Shown here in pieces: positions 63,426 through 64,000 of a DNA stretch of 64,000 nt. The position numbers were made by a program, and so were the translations under genes. Each line of letters opens with the position of its first letter. Within the stretch, counting starts at the first letter, position 1. This stretch comes from the human T2T-CHM13v2.0 reference genome, Homo sapiens. The stretch is from NCBI RefSeq assembly GCF_009914755.1, contig NC_060925.1; one strand, given 5' to 3'. Below the pieces are notes generated by a model that was not told where the DNA came from, ran no database searches, and saw only the letters and a list, made by a program, of their open reading frames with translations.

Positions 63426-64000
63426 TTTCACACACTGGACTGCACAGATCCACCTCTGCATGCATGCTCAGGGAGCAGCCTCTCCACAAATCCATGGACT
63501 GCTCTTCCTGAAGGGAAGCTTAGAAGTGATAGGTTAATAGGACAAACTATGGCCAGTTCTCAGGCCCAACCTGGTTCACATCCTGTCCCTTTTGCATGGC
63601 CCATTTCCCTCACCCTTAGCTATCACCTCAGCAAGTCCTGATGTTTTTTTGAGAAATGTTATGTGGTGACGTGACCCAAATCTTCATTCCTTGTGGATCT
63701 GAGCCCTTTGCAGTCATACCCTTCTCAGGCCAGGAGCACTATACACATCCAACCCTAATTCCAGTGAGTCAAGGGAGTACCAGGAAACGCCCAAGGAGAT
63801 CTGGGTTCCACACATCTTCCTCCCTAGCGCCATCCACTTCCTCGGGCTGATGAGGATGGATTCCCCCTGTCACGATGGTGACTCTTTTCTCCTGCTGGTC
63901 CCTGGAGACAAGGAATTCAAAGTGCCCTGGTGGCAGCAGTAATTTGTAATACAATGGGACCTTTGTTGTGTCCCCTGGCAAGAGTACACTGAGTTTGGGG
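63426..64000 (-). mobile_element. ERV-L internal remnant with degenerate dUTPase
   Basis: 63769-63981 translates PGDTTKVPLYYKLLLPPGHFEFLVSRDQQ..VTIVTGGIHP..WNPDLLGRFLVLP, resembling the ERV-L dUTPase that lies 3' of integrase, adjacent to a 3' LTR. Confidence 0.75.

Overview
Primate (human-like) genomic DNA. I recognise from memory the non-coding first exon of JAK1 on the minus strand (~54329-54545, donor GTGAGT at 54328-54323) inside a CpG-island promoter. Positions 1-54328 are therefore JAK1 intron 1 and ~54550-64000 is Alu-dense upstream sequence ending in an ERV-L remnant. No intact protein-coding exon is present; the ORF track is almost entirely Alu, L1, simple-repeat or GC-rich noise. 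The intron carries two old processed pseudogenes (NDUFA4, ADI1), both antisense to JAK1, two L1PA fragments, about 30 Alu pieces across the window, and older L1M/L2/MIR and DNA-transposon fossils. Most interesting: a 13-unit uninterrupted GGAA microsatellite (EWSR1-FLI1-type element); two perfect 20-21 bp inverted repeats and one duplication-inversion that look like replication template switches, one with pre-miRNA-like geometry; a candidate uORF-rich alternative 5'UTR exon; a poly(A)-only retro-insertion; and a trimeric AluY. I did not find evidence for a new multi-gene system. Repeat family names and parent-gene comparisons are from memory, not from a search.
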